DNA from: Bdellovibrionota bacterium
Lineage (GTDB): Bacteria; Bdellovibrionota_G; JALEGL01; JAGRMV01
Direction of reading: 5' to 3'
DNA: 64,000 nt
NCBI GenBank assembly: GCA_041391365.1
Contig: JAWKOC010000001.1
Coordinates: 130,068-194,067 of the forward strand
Made by a program: the position numbers and the translations under genes. Below, in pieces: positions 38,530 to 47,895 of this stretch (position 1 is its first letter; each line of letters begins with the position of its first letter). Under the pieces are notes generated by a model that was not told where the DNA came from, did no database searches, and worked only from the letters and a program-made list of their open reading frames with translations.

Positions 38530-40248
38530 ATGAAAAAAGTGCTTCAGTGTGCGGTGTATGGTGTGATCTGCTTTTTGTTTGTGGTGAGTGCACAAGCTCT
38601 TCACAACGTGGGGCAGGGCAAATTTGTATTTTCTGACTTGCCCAGGGCCATGGCGGTTCTGGTTCCATTGATTGCTATTGGATTTTCATTCATTTTGCAA
38701 AATGTAGTGGTTTCGCTTTTCTTTGGAATCTATGTGGGAGCCTTTTTGCTTCTGGGACTTCCAGATACTTTTTCTGCATGGGTTCAACAACTGGGCGTAA
38801 CGTTTTTTAAGGTTGGAGATCAACATGTCTTATCAGCTGCGGCCGACCGCGGACACATGGGGATCATCCTTTTTACGCTGCTCATTGGTGGTGTTGTGGG
38901 TTTGATGAATCGAACCGGAGGATTGTCCCATCTGGTAGAAAAATGTTTGGGGTTTGCCAAAGATGCCTACCGCACACAAATGTTGAGCTGGTTTACGGGA
39001 CTGGCCATTTTTATTGATGACTATGCAAATACGTTGGTCGTTGGAAGCATGATGAAGCCGCTGAGTGACCGGTTTCGTGTATCTCGGGAAAAATTGTCTT
39101 TTATCATCGATGCCACGGCAGCTCCCGTGGCTTCTCTGGCACCCATTTCTACTTGGGTCGCTTATGAAATTGGACTGATTCAAAATGCCATGGACACATC
39201 AGGAATAGAGGGCAATGCTTACGGAGTGTTTTTGGAATCTATACCTTATCGGTTCTATGCACTTTTGATTTTGGCGTTTATTTTTATCTCTGCGTGGATG
39301 AAAAGAGATTTTGGTCCAATGCTTGTCGCCGAACGAAGAGCTCGACACAAAGGCCAGCTGATTCGTCCAGGGTCGACACCCATGATGGAGGAAACGCATG
39401 ACCAATGTGAGGTGCCTCAAGAAAAACGCTCTTGGTTGGACGCCGTGGTTCCTTTGGTGGCCTTGGTGGGAAGTGCCATCCTTGGGTTTTATGTTCAGGG
39501 AAGATCATCCTTGGGGGATCAAGCACAAACGGCTCCCCTAAGAGATATTTTTGGAGCCGCTGATCCTGTTGTGGTTTTGCTTTGGGCTTCGATGATTGCC
39601 ACGATTGTGTCGATTTTGATGATTTTGGCACGAAAACTTATGACCTTTGAACGTGTATTTTCGCACTGGTTCAAAGGTGTAGAGTCGATGCTGCTGGCTT
39701 GTACCATTTTGGTGTTGTCGTGGACGATTGCGGGGGTGATCAAAGAGCTCAATACGGCGACCATCATCATCGAATGGACGCGCAATCTGCTCACTCCATC
39801 TTGGTTTCCTGCGATTGTCTTCATCATTTCTGGAGCCATTGCATTTGCAACCGGAACTTCCTGGGGAACCATGGCCATCATTTTTCCTCTGGCCGTTCCA
39901 TTGCTTACGGAGATGAGTAAGGTTTCGGGGATGGATGCCGTGCAAATGTATGCGTTGTTCATTCCAACCGTGGGATCTGTTCTGACGGGCGCGGTGTTGG
40001 GAGATCATATTTCTCCGATTTCCGATACGACCATCATGAGTTCCATTTGGTCGGGGATCGATCACATGGATCATGTGAAAAGTCAGATTCCCTATGCTGT
40101 GATTGTGGGGGTGATCTCATTGGTACTAGGGTACATTCCTTCCGGATATGGATGGAGCCCCTGGCTTTTGAATGCCTTGGGCATTGGAGTGATTGCGCTT
40201 CTTCTATATATGTATGGAAAAAATCCAGATCTAGATGCAGCAGTCTGA
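38530..40248 (+). CDS. nhaC: Na+/H+ antiporter, NhaC family
   Basis: This is ORF 38497..40248. GGGAG precedes ATG 38530. It is polytopic with NhaC-family architecture (FIDDYANTLVVG, ISPISDTTIMSS). Confidence 0.85.
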   Translation: MKKVLQCAVYGVICFLFVVSAQALHNVGQGKFVFSDLPRAMAVLVPLIAIGFSFILQNVVVSLFFGIYVGAFLLLGLPDTFSAWVQQLGVTFFKVGDQHVLSAAADRGHMGIILFTLLIGGVVGLMNRTGGLSHLVEKCLGFAKDAYRTQMLSWFTGLAIFIDDYANTLVVGSMMKPLSDRFRVSREKLSFIIDATAAPVASLAPISTWVAYEIGLIQNAMDTSGIEGNAYGVFLESIPYRFYALLILAFIFISAWMKRDFGPMLVAERRARHKGQLIRPGSTPMMEETHDQCEVPQEKRSWLDAVVPLVALVGSAILGFYVQGRSSLGDQAQTAPLRDIFGAADPVVVLLWASMIATIVSILMILARKLMTFERVFSHWFKGVESMLLACTILVLSWTIAGVIKELNTATIIIEWTRNLLTPSWFPAIVFIISGAIAFATGTSWGTMAIIFPLAVPLLTEMSKVSGMDAVQMYALFIPTVGSVLTGAVLGDHISPISDTTIMSSIWSGIDHMDHVKSQIPYAVIVGVISLVLGYIPSGYGWSPWLLNALGIGVIALLLYMYGKNPDLDAAV

Positions 40249-40255
40249 CGAGAGA

Positions 40256-41088
40256 TTAGAGGTTTTCGAGAATTTCTCTGCAAGACGAGAAATACGAATC
40301 TCCAAAAAGCACGGCATGATTGAGCAAATGATAGAGTTGATAGATCTTTTGTTTGCGCTGAAAGTTTTTGCTTTTCGGACAAGTGATAAAATATTCGTCA
40401 AAGAATGAATCTGGAAATTTTCCGAACAGATAAACCATGGCGAGATCTGCCTCTCGATCTCCTCGGTATACAGCGGGATCTATCAAATAGGGCTCTCCTT
40501 CAGGACCAAAAATAACATTTCCAGACCAAAGATCTCCGTGAATCAAGGAATAAGCTTTGACCGTATCCAATTCTTTTTCGGCCGTTGATTTTTTTTTGTC
40601 CCACAGTGAGTTCAAGCTTTTTCCAAACTGTGGGGTGCTTTTTTCAAGGTTGTGAAGGTGAATCTCGATTCGTTTGGATACGAAAAAATCGCTCCAGGTT
40701 TCACAAGGTGTATTGATTTGCTTGCTGCGGCCAAGAAAATTATCGCAATGCCACCCGTGCTGTTTGGAAAGAGTATGGTTGTGCATCCTTGCCAGACCAC
40801 TGCCCAATTCCCTCCACTGCGCTTGTCTGCGATCGTTATCAATGAATTCCATGATCAGCCGGTGATCATCCAGATGAATGATGTTGGGTGTTTTGATCGG
40901 AGAAACTTTGGCCAAATGATTCAACCCGTCCGCTTCCGCATGCGTTCTGATCGGGTCGTGATATGATTTTACCATGAGTGTCTGCGATGAAGTTGTGATT
41001 TTTGTAAGGACCCAACTTCATTTTGCATAATCACGAAAGCAGACAAAATGTCTTGTCCAAGAATGTCTTCAATGGTTTGTGGATTCAC
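40256..41088 (-). pseudogene. Fructosamine/ketosamine-3-kinase family protein, single frame break in the N-terminal region as sequenced
   Basis: ORF 40256..40975 carries LIHGDLWSGNV and HGWHCDNFLG but lacks the family N-terminus. The N-terminus (V)NPQTIEDILGQDILSAFVIMQNEVGSLQK is found in another frame from GTG 41088. It joins ITTSSQTLMVKSYHD at the T5 run 40999..41003 (A5 on the coding strand). Confidence 0.65.
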
Positions 41089-41578
41089 TCTGAGTCAAAT
41101 GTTGAATGAGGTGAGTGCATCCATCTTCAATGATGTCCAAAACTTCTTCAAATCCTTGGTCTCCTTTGTAGTAGGGATCGGGGACATTTCGAATTGGATA
41201 AGCTTTACAAAAATATGTAAAGGGAATCACTTTTTTCTCATCGTGTAAGTTTCTCGCTCTTGCGAGAACATTGCGCAAATTGTTTTCGTCCATGGTTAAA
41301 ATCAAATCGAACTCATCAAAGTCGCGTTCAGGATTGAAGGCTCTGGATAGACTGTCTAATGTATAGCCTCTTTTCTTGGCATGTTCCCGAGATCGCAGGT
41401 CTGGCAATGAGCCTACATGATAGTCAGCTGTTCCTGCCGAATCACACGACAACACATGATCCATGTTTTTTTCTTTGACCATAAAATCAAAAACTCCGTG
41501 CGCGGTCGGAGATCTACAGATGTTTCCCAGGCAAACAAACAAAACTTTTTTTGGTGTCGATGGATTTGTGGACATCAC
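41069..41578 (-). CDS. Low-molecular-weight protein-tyrosine phosphatase family protein
   Basis: This 169-aa ORF has the P-loop VLFVCLGNICRSP and a DP motif near the C-terminus (VPDPYY). Confidence 0.9.
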   Translation of the reverse strand: MMSTNPSTPKKVLFVCLGNICRSPTAHGVFDFMVKEKNMDHVLSCDSAGTADYHVGSLPDLRSREHAKKRGYTLDSLSRAFNPERDFDEFDLILTMDENNLRNVLARARNLHDEKKVIPFTYFCKAYPIRNVPDPYYKGDQGFEEVLDIIEDGCTHLIQHLTQSESTNH

Positions 41579-42148
41579 TTACGACTGATAATAAGGGTTT
41601 GCTCCAGCGGCATGATCGGTGGTGTCAACGACTTCAACAATTTCTGGAACAAGTTGTTTGATTCTCTGTTCAACCCCTTGTTTGAGTGTTGCATGGGCTG
41701 AGCCACATCCTTGGCAGCCACCACTCATTTTTACATAGGCGCGGTTGTCAATGATGTCGAGCAGTTCTATATGTCCACCGTGCGAAGCAACCCCAGGATT
41801 AATATCGTCATCCAAAATTTGCTGGATGCGAGCTGCAACGGGAGAGTCCAAATTGTTTTTGGGTTTGTTGGGGTTGTCGATGTTGAATCCAGATCCGCTC
41901 ACGGACTCCATCCAATCTACTGTAGCTCCCTTAAGTTTTTCTTCGTCTTCTTTTCGGATGAGAACCTGAAAATCTCCGGCGTCGATTTGGATGTCTTCGG
42001 CTTTGCATTCACGATCCAACAAAAATTGGTAGAGATATTCTTTCGCACTTTGTCCAGAAATCGAGATTCGCAAATATGGATCCTCTTTTTGATTTTCCAT
42101 GAATTGAAGCACTTTTTGTTTGGCGTTTGCTGTAATCAAAATGTTCAT
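41579..42148 (-). CDS. nfuA: Fe-S cluster biogenesis protein NfuA-like (HesB-like N-domain plus Nfu C-domain)
   Basis: This 189-aa ORF has the C-terminal Nfu motif GGHIELLD...MSGGCQGCGSAHATLK. Confidence 0.85.
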   Translation of the reverse strand: MNILITANAKQKVLQFMENQKEDPYLRISISGQSAKEYLYQFLLDRECKAEDIQIDAGDFQVLIRKEDEEKLKGATVDWMESVSGSGFNIDNPNKPKNNLDSPVAARIQQILDDDINPGVASHGGHIELLDIIDNRAYVKMSGGCQGCGSAHATLKQGVEQRIKQLVPEIVEVVDTTDHAAGANPYYQS

Positions 42149-42201
42149 ATATTGATCCCCTCGGGTTATTCTTCGTTTCTATCATCACTTCAGGATGCAA
42201 A

Positions 42202-42813
42202 TCAAGGCGCAACGGGTTGGGTTGAAATCTCACGTTCTTCTTTGCTGGTGGAGCTTGGAAGGGTGTCGGGAGAGTAACAGGTTCTGCACCGAGCTTCGTA
42301 GCGTTCATGTCCTCCAATAAGCACCTGATTTTCTGCAGGAATCAGTCTTTGGCTTTTGTTGGCAGGTCCACCACAAACCATGCAAATGGCCAGGTTTTTT
42401 GTGATGAATTCTGAAATGCAAAGCAATTTGGGCATGGGGCCAAAAGGGCGACCTTTGTAGTCTTGATCCAGCCCTGAAGCAATGACCCTCTTTCCACTTT
42501 GTGCAAGCTGCTCACAAATGTCTACGATCTCATCAGAAAAAAATTGGATTTCATCAATGCCAATAACATCAAAGTGTTTGGATCGTTCCAGGATATCTTT
42601 CGGATCGCTTACAGGGATAGCTTCAACATGATTGTCATCATGACTCACAATTTTGTTTTGATTGTATCGATGGTCGATCGAAGGTTTGAACAATACGGTT
42701 TTTTGCTGTGCAATCAGCGCTCTTCGGATTCTTCGAATCAGTTCCTCGGTTTTTCCTGAGAACATGCTGCCACAGATCACTTCGATCCAGCCTGATTGAG
42801 GTGCAAAATTCAT
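42202..42813 (-). CDS. tdk: Thymidine kinase
   Basis: The P-loop is GSMFSGKTEELIRR. DEIQFF is present, and the Zn-binding pairs are CMVCG...CRTCY. Confidence 0.9.
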   Translation of the reverse strand: MNFAPQSGWIEVICGSMFSGKTEELIRRIRRALIAQQKTVLFKPSIDHRYNQNKIVSHDDNHVEAIPVSDPKDILERSKHFDVIGIDEIQFFSDEIVDICEQLAQSGKRVIASGLDQDYKGRPFGPMPKLLCISEFITKNLAICMVCGGPANKSQRLIPAENQVLIGGHERYEARCRTCYSPDTLPSSTSKEEREISTQPVAP

Positions 42814-44003
42814 TTCGATCCTTTCTGTAAGTGAGTCACTTCTACAACGATAGGGTGATGATCAGAGTATCGGTGCTGTCCTGAAGGCAAGTCGGCAATG
42901 ATCTGCGGATGCTGAGGGTGGAATCCCCGACCAAGCATCCAATCCAGTTTGAATGAGCATTTTCCATCACTTTCTTTCAGAGACCATTCGATAAAGTCAA
43001 AAAACCAAGGCAACAACCAATCTCCCAAACTTTCCCGAATGAAGGGGTCTTTGAAATCATAGTCTAGCGTACATCCTCCATCGACGTTGTAAAAACGATG
43101 ATCAAGTCCAATGGAAGAAAGAGCTTCGAACAATCCTTTTTCGTAGGTTTTTTCTGGGTGAGGATAGACATGTTTGATGCAGTAGCCGGTTCCTGAAAAC
43201 ACTCTTCTCCAAAATGTAAAAAAAGCATTGCGAGCATTGTTGGAATTGTACGTCGTCGTATTGAAATCTCCACCCAAGATCAGTGCATCCAAACGCTTAC
43301 TAAGGCAGGGAATCAAGGCTTTGACTTGATCTACACGTTGAGTGCGTAAACTATGAGCTGCAAGATGAGCGCAAGCGACATCAAAATCTCCATGAGGATG
43401 GTGTACCCGAGCCACAATGGCGTTCTCACAACCCAGTTGGCGTTCGATGCCTAGCATGTGATCTTTGGCGTTGGGAAGAGAAACAACCTCAACTTCGCTC
43501 ATAGGGAATCTGCTCAAGATGGCGTGCCCTTGGAGGGCAAAAGTGTTGTCCCCTTGAAAGCGAGTTTGCTCAGCTCCATTGCCTCTGTCGAGATTGAGAT
43601 AGGAAGGAACAAATACTCCATGCAAATCCAATCTCTGACTGAGTTCTTGAGCAATGTGTAAGTTTCCAGACCGGATCATCCCTTTGTCGACTTCGTTGAG
43701 CAAGAACACATCAGAAGTAGACAAGGTCGGATGATTTTTTAGCGAATCTGCGATTCCTTCGATTTGCATTCCTCTTTCAATGTTCCACACACATACTTGA
43801 ATGGTGGACGATGCTTGCCACATTTTTGTGGTTTCAAACATCTCCGGCTGGATCAAATGGTGATGAATGCTTTGTTTGTTTTGTAGGTAGTACGCATTGG
43901 ACTCCAAAGCAGCATTGCCTCTTGCATCTCCCAAAGCTTGCGCAAGTTCTTTTGCAAAGAAAGCTTGGGGCTGCGACGTGTATTTGCGCTGGGTGGCTTC
44001 CAC
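42810..44003 (-). CDS. Endonuclease/exonuclease/phosphatase (EEP) family protein
   Basis: This 397-aa ORF carries VWNIERG, LNEVD, GGDFN and the C-terminal YSDHHPIVVEV. It overlaps tdk (ATGA) and abuts the SPFH gene. Confidence 0.7.
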   Translation of the reverse strand: MEATQRKYTSQPQAFFAKELAQALGDARGNAALESNAYYLQNKQSIHHHLIQPEMFETTKMWQASSTIQVCVWNIERGMQIEGIADSLKNHPTLSTSDVFLLNEVDKGMIRSGNLHIAQELSQRLDLHGVFVPSYLNLDRGNGAEQTRFQGDNTFALQGHAILSRFPMSEVEVVSLPNAKDHMLGIERQLGCENAIVARVHHPHGDFDVACAHLAAHSLRTQRVDQVKALIPCLSKRLDALILGGDFNTTTYNSNNARNAFFTFWRRVFSGTGYCIKHVYPHPEKTYEKGLFEALSSIGLDHRFYNVDGGCTLDYDFKDPFIRESLGDWLLPWFFDFIEWSLKESDGKCSFKLDWMLGRGFHPQHPQIIADLPSGQHRYSDHHPIVVEVTHLQKGSK

Positions 44004-44740
44004 TAGTTTTTATCTCGTATGAAATGTTTCAAAAAATCAATCGGAACAGGAAAAACGGTGGTGGAGTTTTTGTCTCCTGCAATTTCTACCAAGGTCTGCA
44101 AATAACGAAGTTGAAGTGCGTGAGGGCTTTGCGAAATGACGTCCGATGCTTCTTTGAGTTTGCCAGAAGCCTGGAACTCTCCATCGGCTGCGATCACTTT
44201 GGCTCGTCGTTCTCGTTCCGCCTCGGCTTGTTTGGCCATAGCTCTTCGCATCTCTTCAGGCAAATCGATGTGTTTGATTTCAACCAAACTTACTTTGATT
44301 CCCCAGATGTCGGTTTGCTTGTCCAAAATGTTTTGGAGTTGCATGTTGAGCTGATCACGGTCGGAGAGAAGTTCATCTAGGTCATGTTGTCCCAGTGCCG
44401 ATCGCAACGTGGTTTGCGCCAGCTGACTCGTGGCATACAAATAGTCTTCCACTTGGAGAATCGCTTTGTCAGCTTCCAAGACCCGAAAGTAGACAACGGC
44501 ATTGACTTTCAAAGATACGTTGTCTTTGGTGATGACATCTTGGGGTGGAATGTCCATGGTGACCGTTCTCATGGAAACTTTTACCATTTTATCAATGAAC
44601 GGAATGATCCAATTCACTCCTGCTTTTTTTACACCTGAGAGCCTTCCGAGTCGAAAAATCACACCTCTCTCGTATTCCATGATGATTCGAAATCCGCTGA
44701 GGACGAAGAATGCTGGGATGAAGATCCAAAATAGGTTCAT
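44003..44740 (-). CDS. SPFH/band-7 (stomatin-like) membrane protein
   Basis: This 245-aa ORF has an N-terminal membrane hairpin, an SPFH core ([32 protein letters not shown]), and [16 protein letters not shown]. Confidence 0.9.
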   Translation of the reverse strand: MNLFWIFIPAFFVLSGFRIIMEYERGVIFRLGRLSGVKKAGVNWIIPFIDKMVKVSMRTVTMDIPPQDVITKDNVSLKVNAVVYFRVLEADKAILQVEDYLYATSQLAQTTLRSALGQHDLDELLSDRDQLNMQLQNILDKQTDIWGIKVSLVEIKHIDLPEEMRRAMAKQAEAERERRAKVIAADGEFQASGKLKEASDVISQSPHALQLRYLQTLVEIAGDKNSTTVFPVPIDFLKHFIRDKN

Positions 44741-44761
44741 TTCATGTTCTCCTTTGAAAGT

Positions 44762-46087
44762 TTAGGCATTTGTTTGTGTAGTAACCTTTTTCACCTGGGC
44801 GATCAAATCATTTAATGCGACTATTTCCACCTGCTCATTTTTTTCAATGGGATGGCTGGATCGAGCCTCCCAGTATTCTCCCATGAGAAAAATTTTTCCT
44901 TGGTGAGCATCGATTCGATCCACAACGGTCGCTTTCGCCCCGAGCATGTATTCTTTGCCAACATGTTGTTTCATGCCCAGAGTTTTGCCAACGGCATAGG
45001 CGATGATGGCCCCCACCAATGCACATCCCAATGATATGCTGGCAAGCATTCCATGAGGAATGGAAAAGTCTGAGGTGTTTGGATCAAAGAGGAAAAAACC
45101 TCCAGCTCCCAAAAGAATCGATCCAGCCAAGGTCAGCAAGCCAAAAGAGGTGATGAAAATCTCAGCAATGAAGCAGGCAAAGGCTAGCGCCATCAAGAGA
45201 ATTCCCACAGTGTTGATAGGGATCACGCTTGAGGCTACCAGGAACAAAAGCAAGGAAATGCCACCGGTCACCGCAGGAAAAATCATTCCTGGGTGAGAAA
45301 ATTCTGCATAAAATCCAAGGCCCGCAATGGCGAGCAATGCAAAAATAACGGTCGGATGAGCCAATCGATTGAAGAATTTCATTTTCCAATCGATTTCTAC
45401 ATTTTTGATTCTCAGGTTGCTTGTATGAAGGGTACGAGAGTCGGCGCCGATCTGTATGCTCATACCATCCATTTTTTTAAGGAGTTCGGCTTCGCTTTGC
45501 GCAATCATGTCGATGACATTCAATTCCAGTGCTTCCTCTGCCGTGATGGAGGCGCTGTCACTCACCGATAGTCTTGCCCACTGAATGTTTCGTCCTCGCT
45601 GACGTGCGATGGCTGCGATGAAGGCCAAGGTATCGTTTTCGATTTTCTTCCCCATGTGCTCGCTTCCCTCTTCGGGATCTTTGCCGGTCGCGGTAACCGG
45701 ATGAGCTGCACCAATGTTGGTTCCAGGAGCCATGACAGCAATGTTGGCTGCCATCGTGATGAACGTACCCGCTGAACCTGCCCGCGATCCAGAAGGGGAG
45801 ACGTACACAATGGTTGGCACTCTGCTGCCAAGCATCTGTTTGACAATGGTACGGGTCGAGTCCAGGATGCCTCCCGGAGTATCGAGGCAGATGAGAAGAC
45901 CCCAGGCTCCCTGGGCTTCAATGTCTTGATAGGCCTTTTCCAAAATATGAACCGTTCCTTCATGAATGGCTCCTTCAATGTTGACCTTGTAAAGGACTGT
46001 AGAGGTTTCTGGGTCCGAGTTGGCCCAGATTGTGGGAGCCCAACCGAGCCATAGGGAAAGGACCATCAAGAAGGAGGGGATGCGCAT
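44762..46087 (-). CDS. NfeD-type membrane-bound ClpP-class serine protease
   Basis: This is ORF 44762..46165. The start was chosen at MRIPSFLMVLSLW (ATG 46087). It has a ClpP-like N-domain (LDTPGG, SAGTFITMAANIAVMAPGTNIGAAHPV), a multi-TM middle, and a C-terminal OB-like NfeD domain. Confidence 0.85.
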   Translation of the reverse strand: MRIPSFLMVLSLWLGWAPTIWANSDPETSTVLYKVNIEGAIHEGTVHILEKAYQDIEAQGAWGLLICLDTPGGILDSTRTIVKQMLGSRVPTIVYVSPSGSRAGSAGTFITMAANIAVMAPGTNIGAAHPVTATGKDPEEGSEHMGKKIENDTLAFIAAIARQRGRNIQWARLSVSDSASITAEEALELNVIDMIAQSEAELLKKMDGMSIQIGADSRTLHTSNLRIKNVEIDWKMKFFNRLAHPTVIFALLAIAGLGFYAEFSHPGMIFPAVTGGISLLLFLVASSVIPINTVGILLMALAFACFIAEIFITSFGLLTLAGSILLGAGGFFLFDPNTSDFSIPHGMLASISLGCALVGAIIAYAVGKTLGMKQHVGKEYMLGAKATVVDRIDAHQGKIFLMGEYWEARSSHPIEKNEQVEIVALNDLIAQVKKVTTQTNA

Positions 46088-46376
46088 CTTTGGGTGGATA
46101 AACCAGCCGTTGGGTCTTGTAAAGAAATTCTGGCCGATGCTAGAGAGGTGCAAGGAAGATACCATCCTAAGTAAAAAGGTAAAAAGTGTATTTTTAGTTC
46201 CATTGATTGGAGTTGTTTGTTAGTATATAAATAACTAATATTATTAATTAATTAATTTAAGTTACTATTTGAGCGATATTTTTATGAAAAAGTGTAAATT
46301 TTTGTTTTTTATTATTGCCAAAAAACCTGACCTTGTTGTACCATAAGAAAGTACCCCCTGGTGTAAGGACATCTTC

Positions 46377-47402
46377 GTGGAAAACAAAGCAAAATACAGT
46401 GACGCCAAAATTTTGTATGTGGATGATGAAGTCGACAATCTGATCGGTTTTCAGATCCACACCGAAAGCGATTTTTCGATCGCAACGACCGAATTTCCGC
46501 TCAAAGCCTTGGAAATGATCGAACACGACCCTTCGGTGGCCGTATTGATCGTGGATCAGGTCATGCCCAAAATGACAGGGTTGGAGTTGGCGGAAAAAGC
46601 CAAAAAAATCTCTCCTTACTTGACCTGCATTATGTTGACCGGAAATGCCACCAAGCATTTGGCGATTGAATCCGTGCGAAAAGGCATTTTCTGGGAGTTT
46701 TTGGAAAAACCTGTGGATTTCTCCTCTCCGGAGATGAAACAAATGCTATTTTCCGCGATTCAAGAACATTATTTGGACCGTGTCAAAAACGGATACCGAG
46801 AAGGTACCATCAATCTTTTGGCCAAACTCATCGATGACAAAGACGGTCACACCCATCGCCACTCCTTTCGTGTTCAAGAGTGGTCTCTCAAAATTGGTAA
46901 AAAACACAATCTAAGCGATCATGAACTCGTGCAGCTTAGGGAAGGAGCACTATTGCACGACATCGGAAAGATTAGCATTCCTGATGACATTCTAAAAAAG
47001 CCTGGAAGACTTACAGCTCTCGAACGAAAAATCATCATGACGCATCCGGGCCGTGGGGGAGATTTATTGGAAAGCATTCCGCAGCTCGCTGAGCTTGCCT
47101 CGATGGCTCGTGACCATCACGAACGTCCCGATGGCAAAGGATATCCTCGTGGCCTCAAAGGGAACGAAATCCCCTTGTTGTCGAGCATTGTGGCCATGGC
47201 AGATTTTTACGAGGCCTTGAGCTCCAAGCGCCCTTACAAAGAGCCATGGGAAATCAAAGAAATCATCAAAGAAATTGCACGCGTCAGAGGAACGCAATTT
47301 CGGGAAGATGTCGTCGACAGTCTTTTGGAAGTGTTGGTGGAAGAGAATTTTATCTCCAAACAAGATTTGGACGTGACGTTAAAAGAAGCTCAAGCTGCTT
47401 GA
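46377..47402 (+). CDS. Response regulator with HD-GYP c-di-GMP phosphodiesterase domain (RpfG-like)
   Basis: GTG start with AAGGA upstream. The receiver domain has KILYVDDE and DQVMPKMTG. The HD-GYP domain has HSFRV, LHDIGKISIPD, HHERPDGKGYPRGL. Confidence 0.85.
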   Translation: MENKAKYSDAKILYVDDEVDNLIGFQIHTESDFSIATTEFPLKALEMIEHDPSVAVLIVDQVMPKMTGLELAEKAKKISPYLTCIMLTGNATKHLAIESVRKGIFWEFLEKPVDFSSPEMKQMLFSAIQEHYLDRVKNGYREGTINLLAKLIDDKDGHTHRHSFRVQEWSLKIGKKHNLSDHELVQLREGALLHDIGKISIPDDILKKPGRLTALERKIIMTHPGRGGDLLESIPQLAELASMARDHHERPDGKGYPRGLKGNEIPLLSSIVAMADFYEALSSKRPYKEPWEIKEIIKEIARVRGTQFREDVVDSLLEVLVEENFISKQDLDVTLKEAQAA

Positions 47403-47425
47403 TGTTCTGGGAATAAATTCATACA

Positions 47426-47791
47426 ATGTCCAAGATGGACCATCCAGATCGTTACCTGCTCTTTGTTGAATATTTTAACCATGGAAAGTTTATGTCGGCT
47501 CAGACGACGTTGGACGAGGTTTGGCTCAATGATACAAGTTCGAACCGAGATTTTTATGGTGGGCTGATTCAACTGGCCGTTTCTTTTTATCATTTGATGG
47601 AGGGAAACGGGAGGGGAGCCAAATCAATTTTCAAGAAGGCTTCTGAACTGTTGTCTCCTTACAAGGAGATTACATTGGGATTGGATGTACAATTATTATT
47701 AAAGCAGGCACAGATCATCTATCAAAATGTTCCCGACGAAGACGTGGACATTGCAGTCAAGAATTTGCCAAAAATCGACTTGGCCGAGTAG
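47426..47791 (+). CDS. DUF309-family protein
   Basis: This 121-aa ORF follows the pattern FNHGKF..A...LDEVW.....RDFYGGLIQLAVSFYHL..GN..GA. Confidence 0.6.
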   Translation: MSKMDHPDRYLLFVEYFNHGKFMSAQTTLDEVWLNDTSSNRDFYGGLIQLAVSFYHLMEGNGRGAKSIFKKASELLSPYKEITLGLDVQLLLKQAQIIYQNVPDEDVDIAVKNLPKIDLAE

Positions 47792-47895
47792 TTCGTCATT
47801 TCATTCTTTCTTTTCTTTTTCTTTCGGTTTCATCCTTTGCCAGCGCCCAGTCTCTTGTTCCTACATCTGATCTATGGAAAAAAGCTCTCACACAC

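Noticed and set aside
46284-46346. A 20-codon mini-ORF (MKKCKFLFFIIAKKPDLVVP) considered as a leader peptide for the HD-GYP regulator.
   Set aside because: It has no ribosome-binding site, sits in AT-rich low-complexity sequence, and has no attenuator-like alternative structures.
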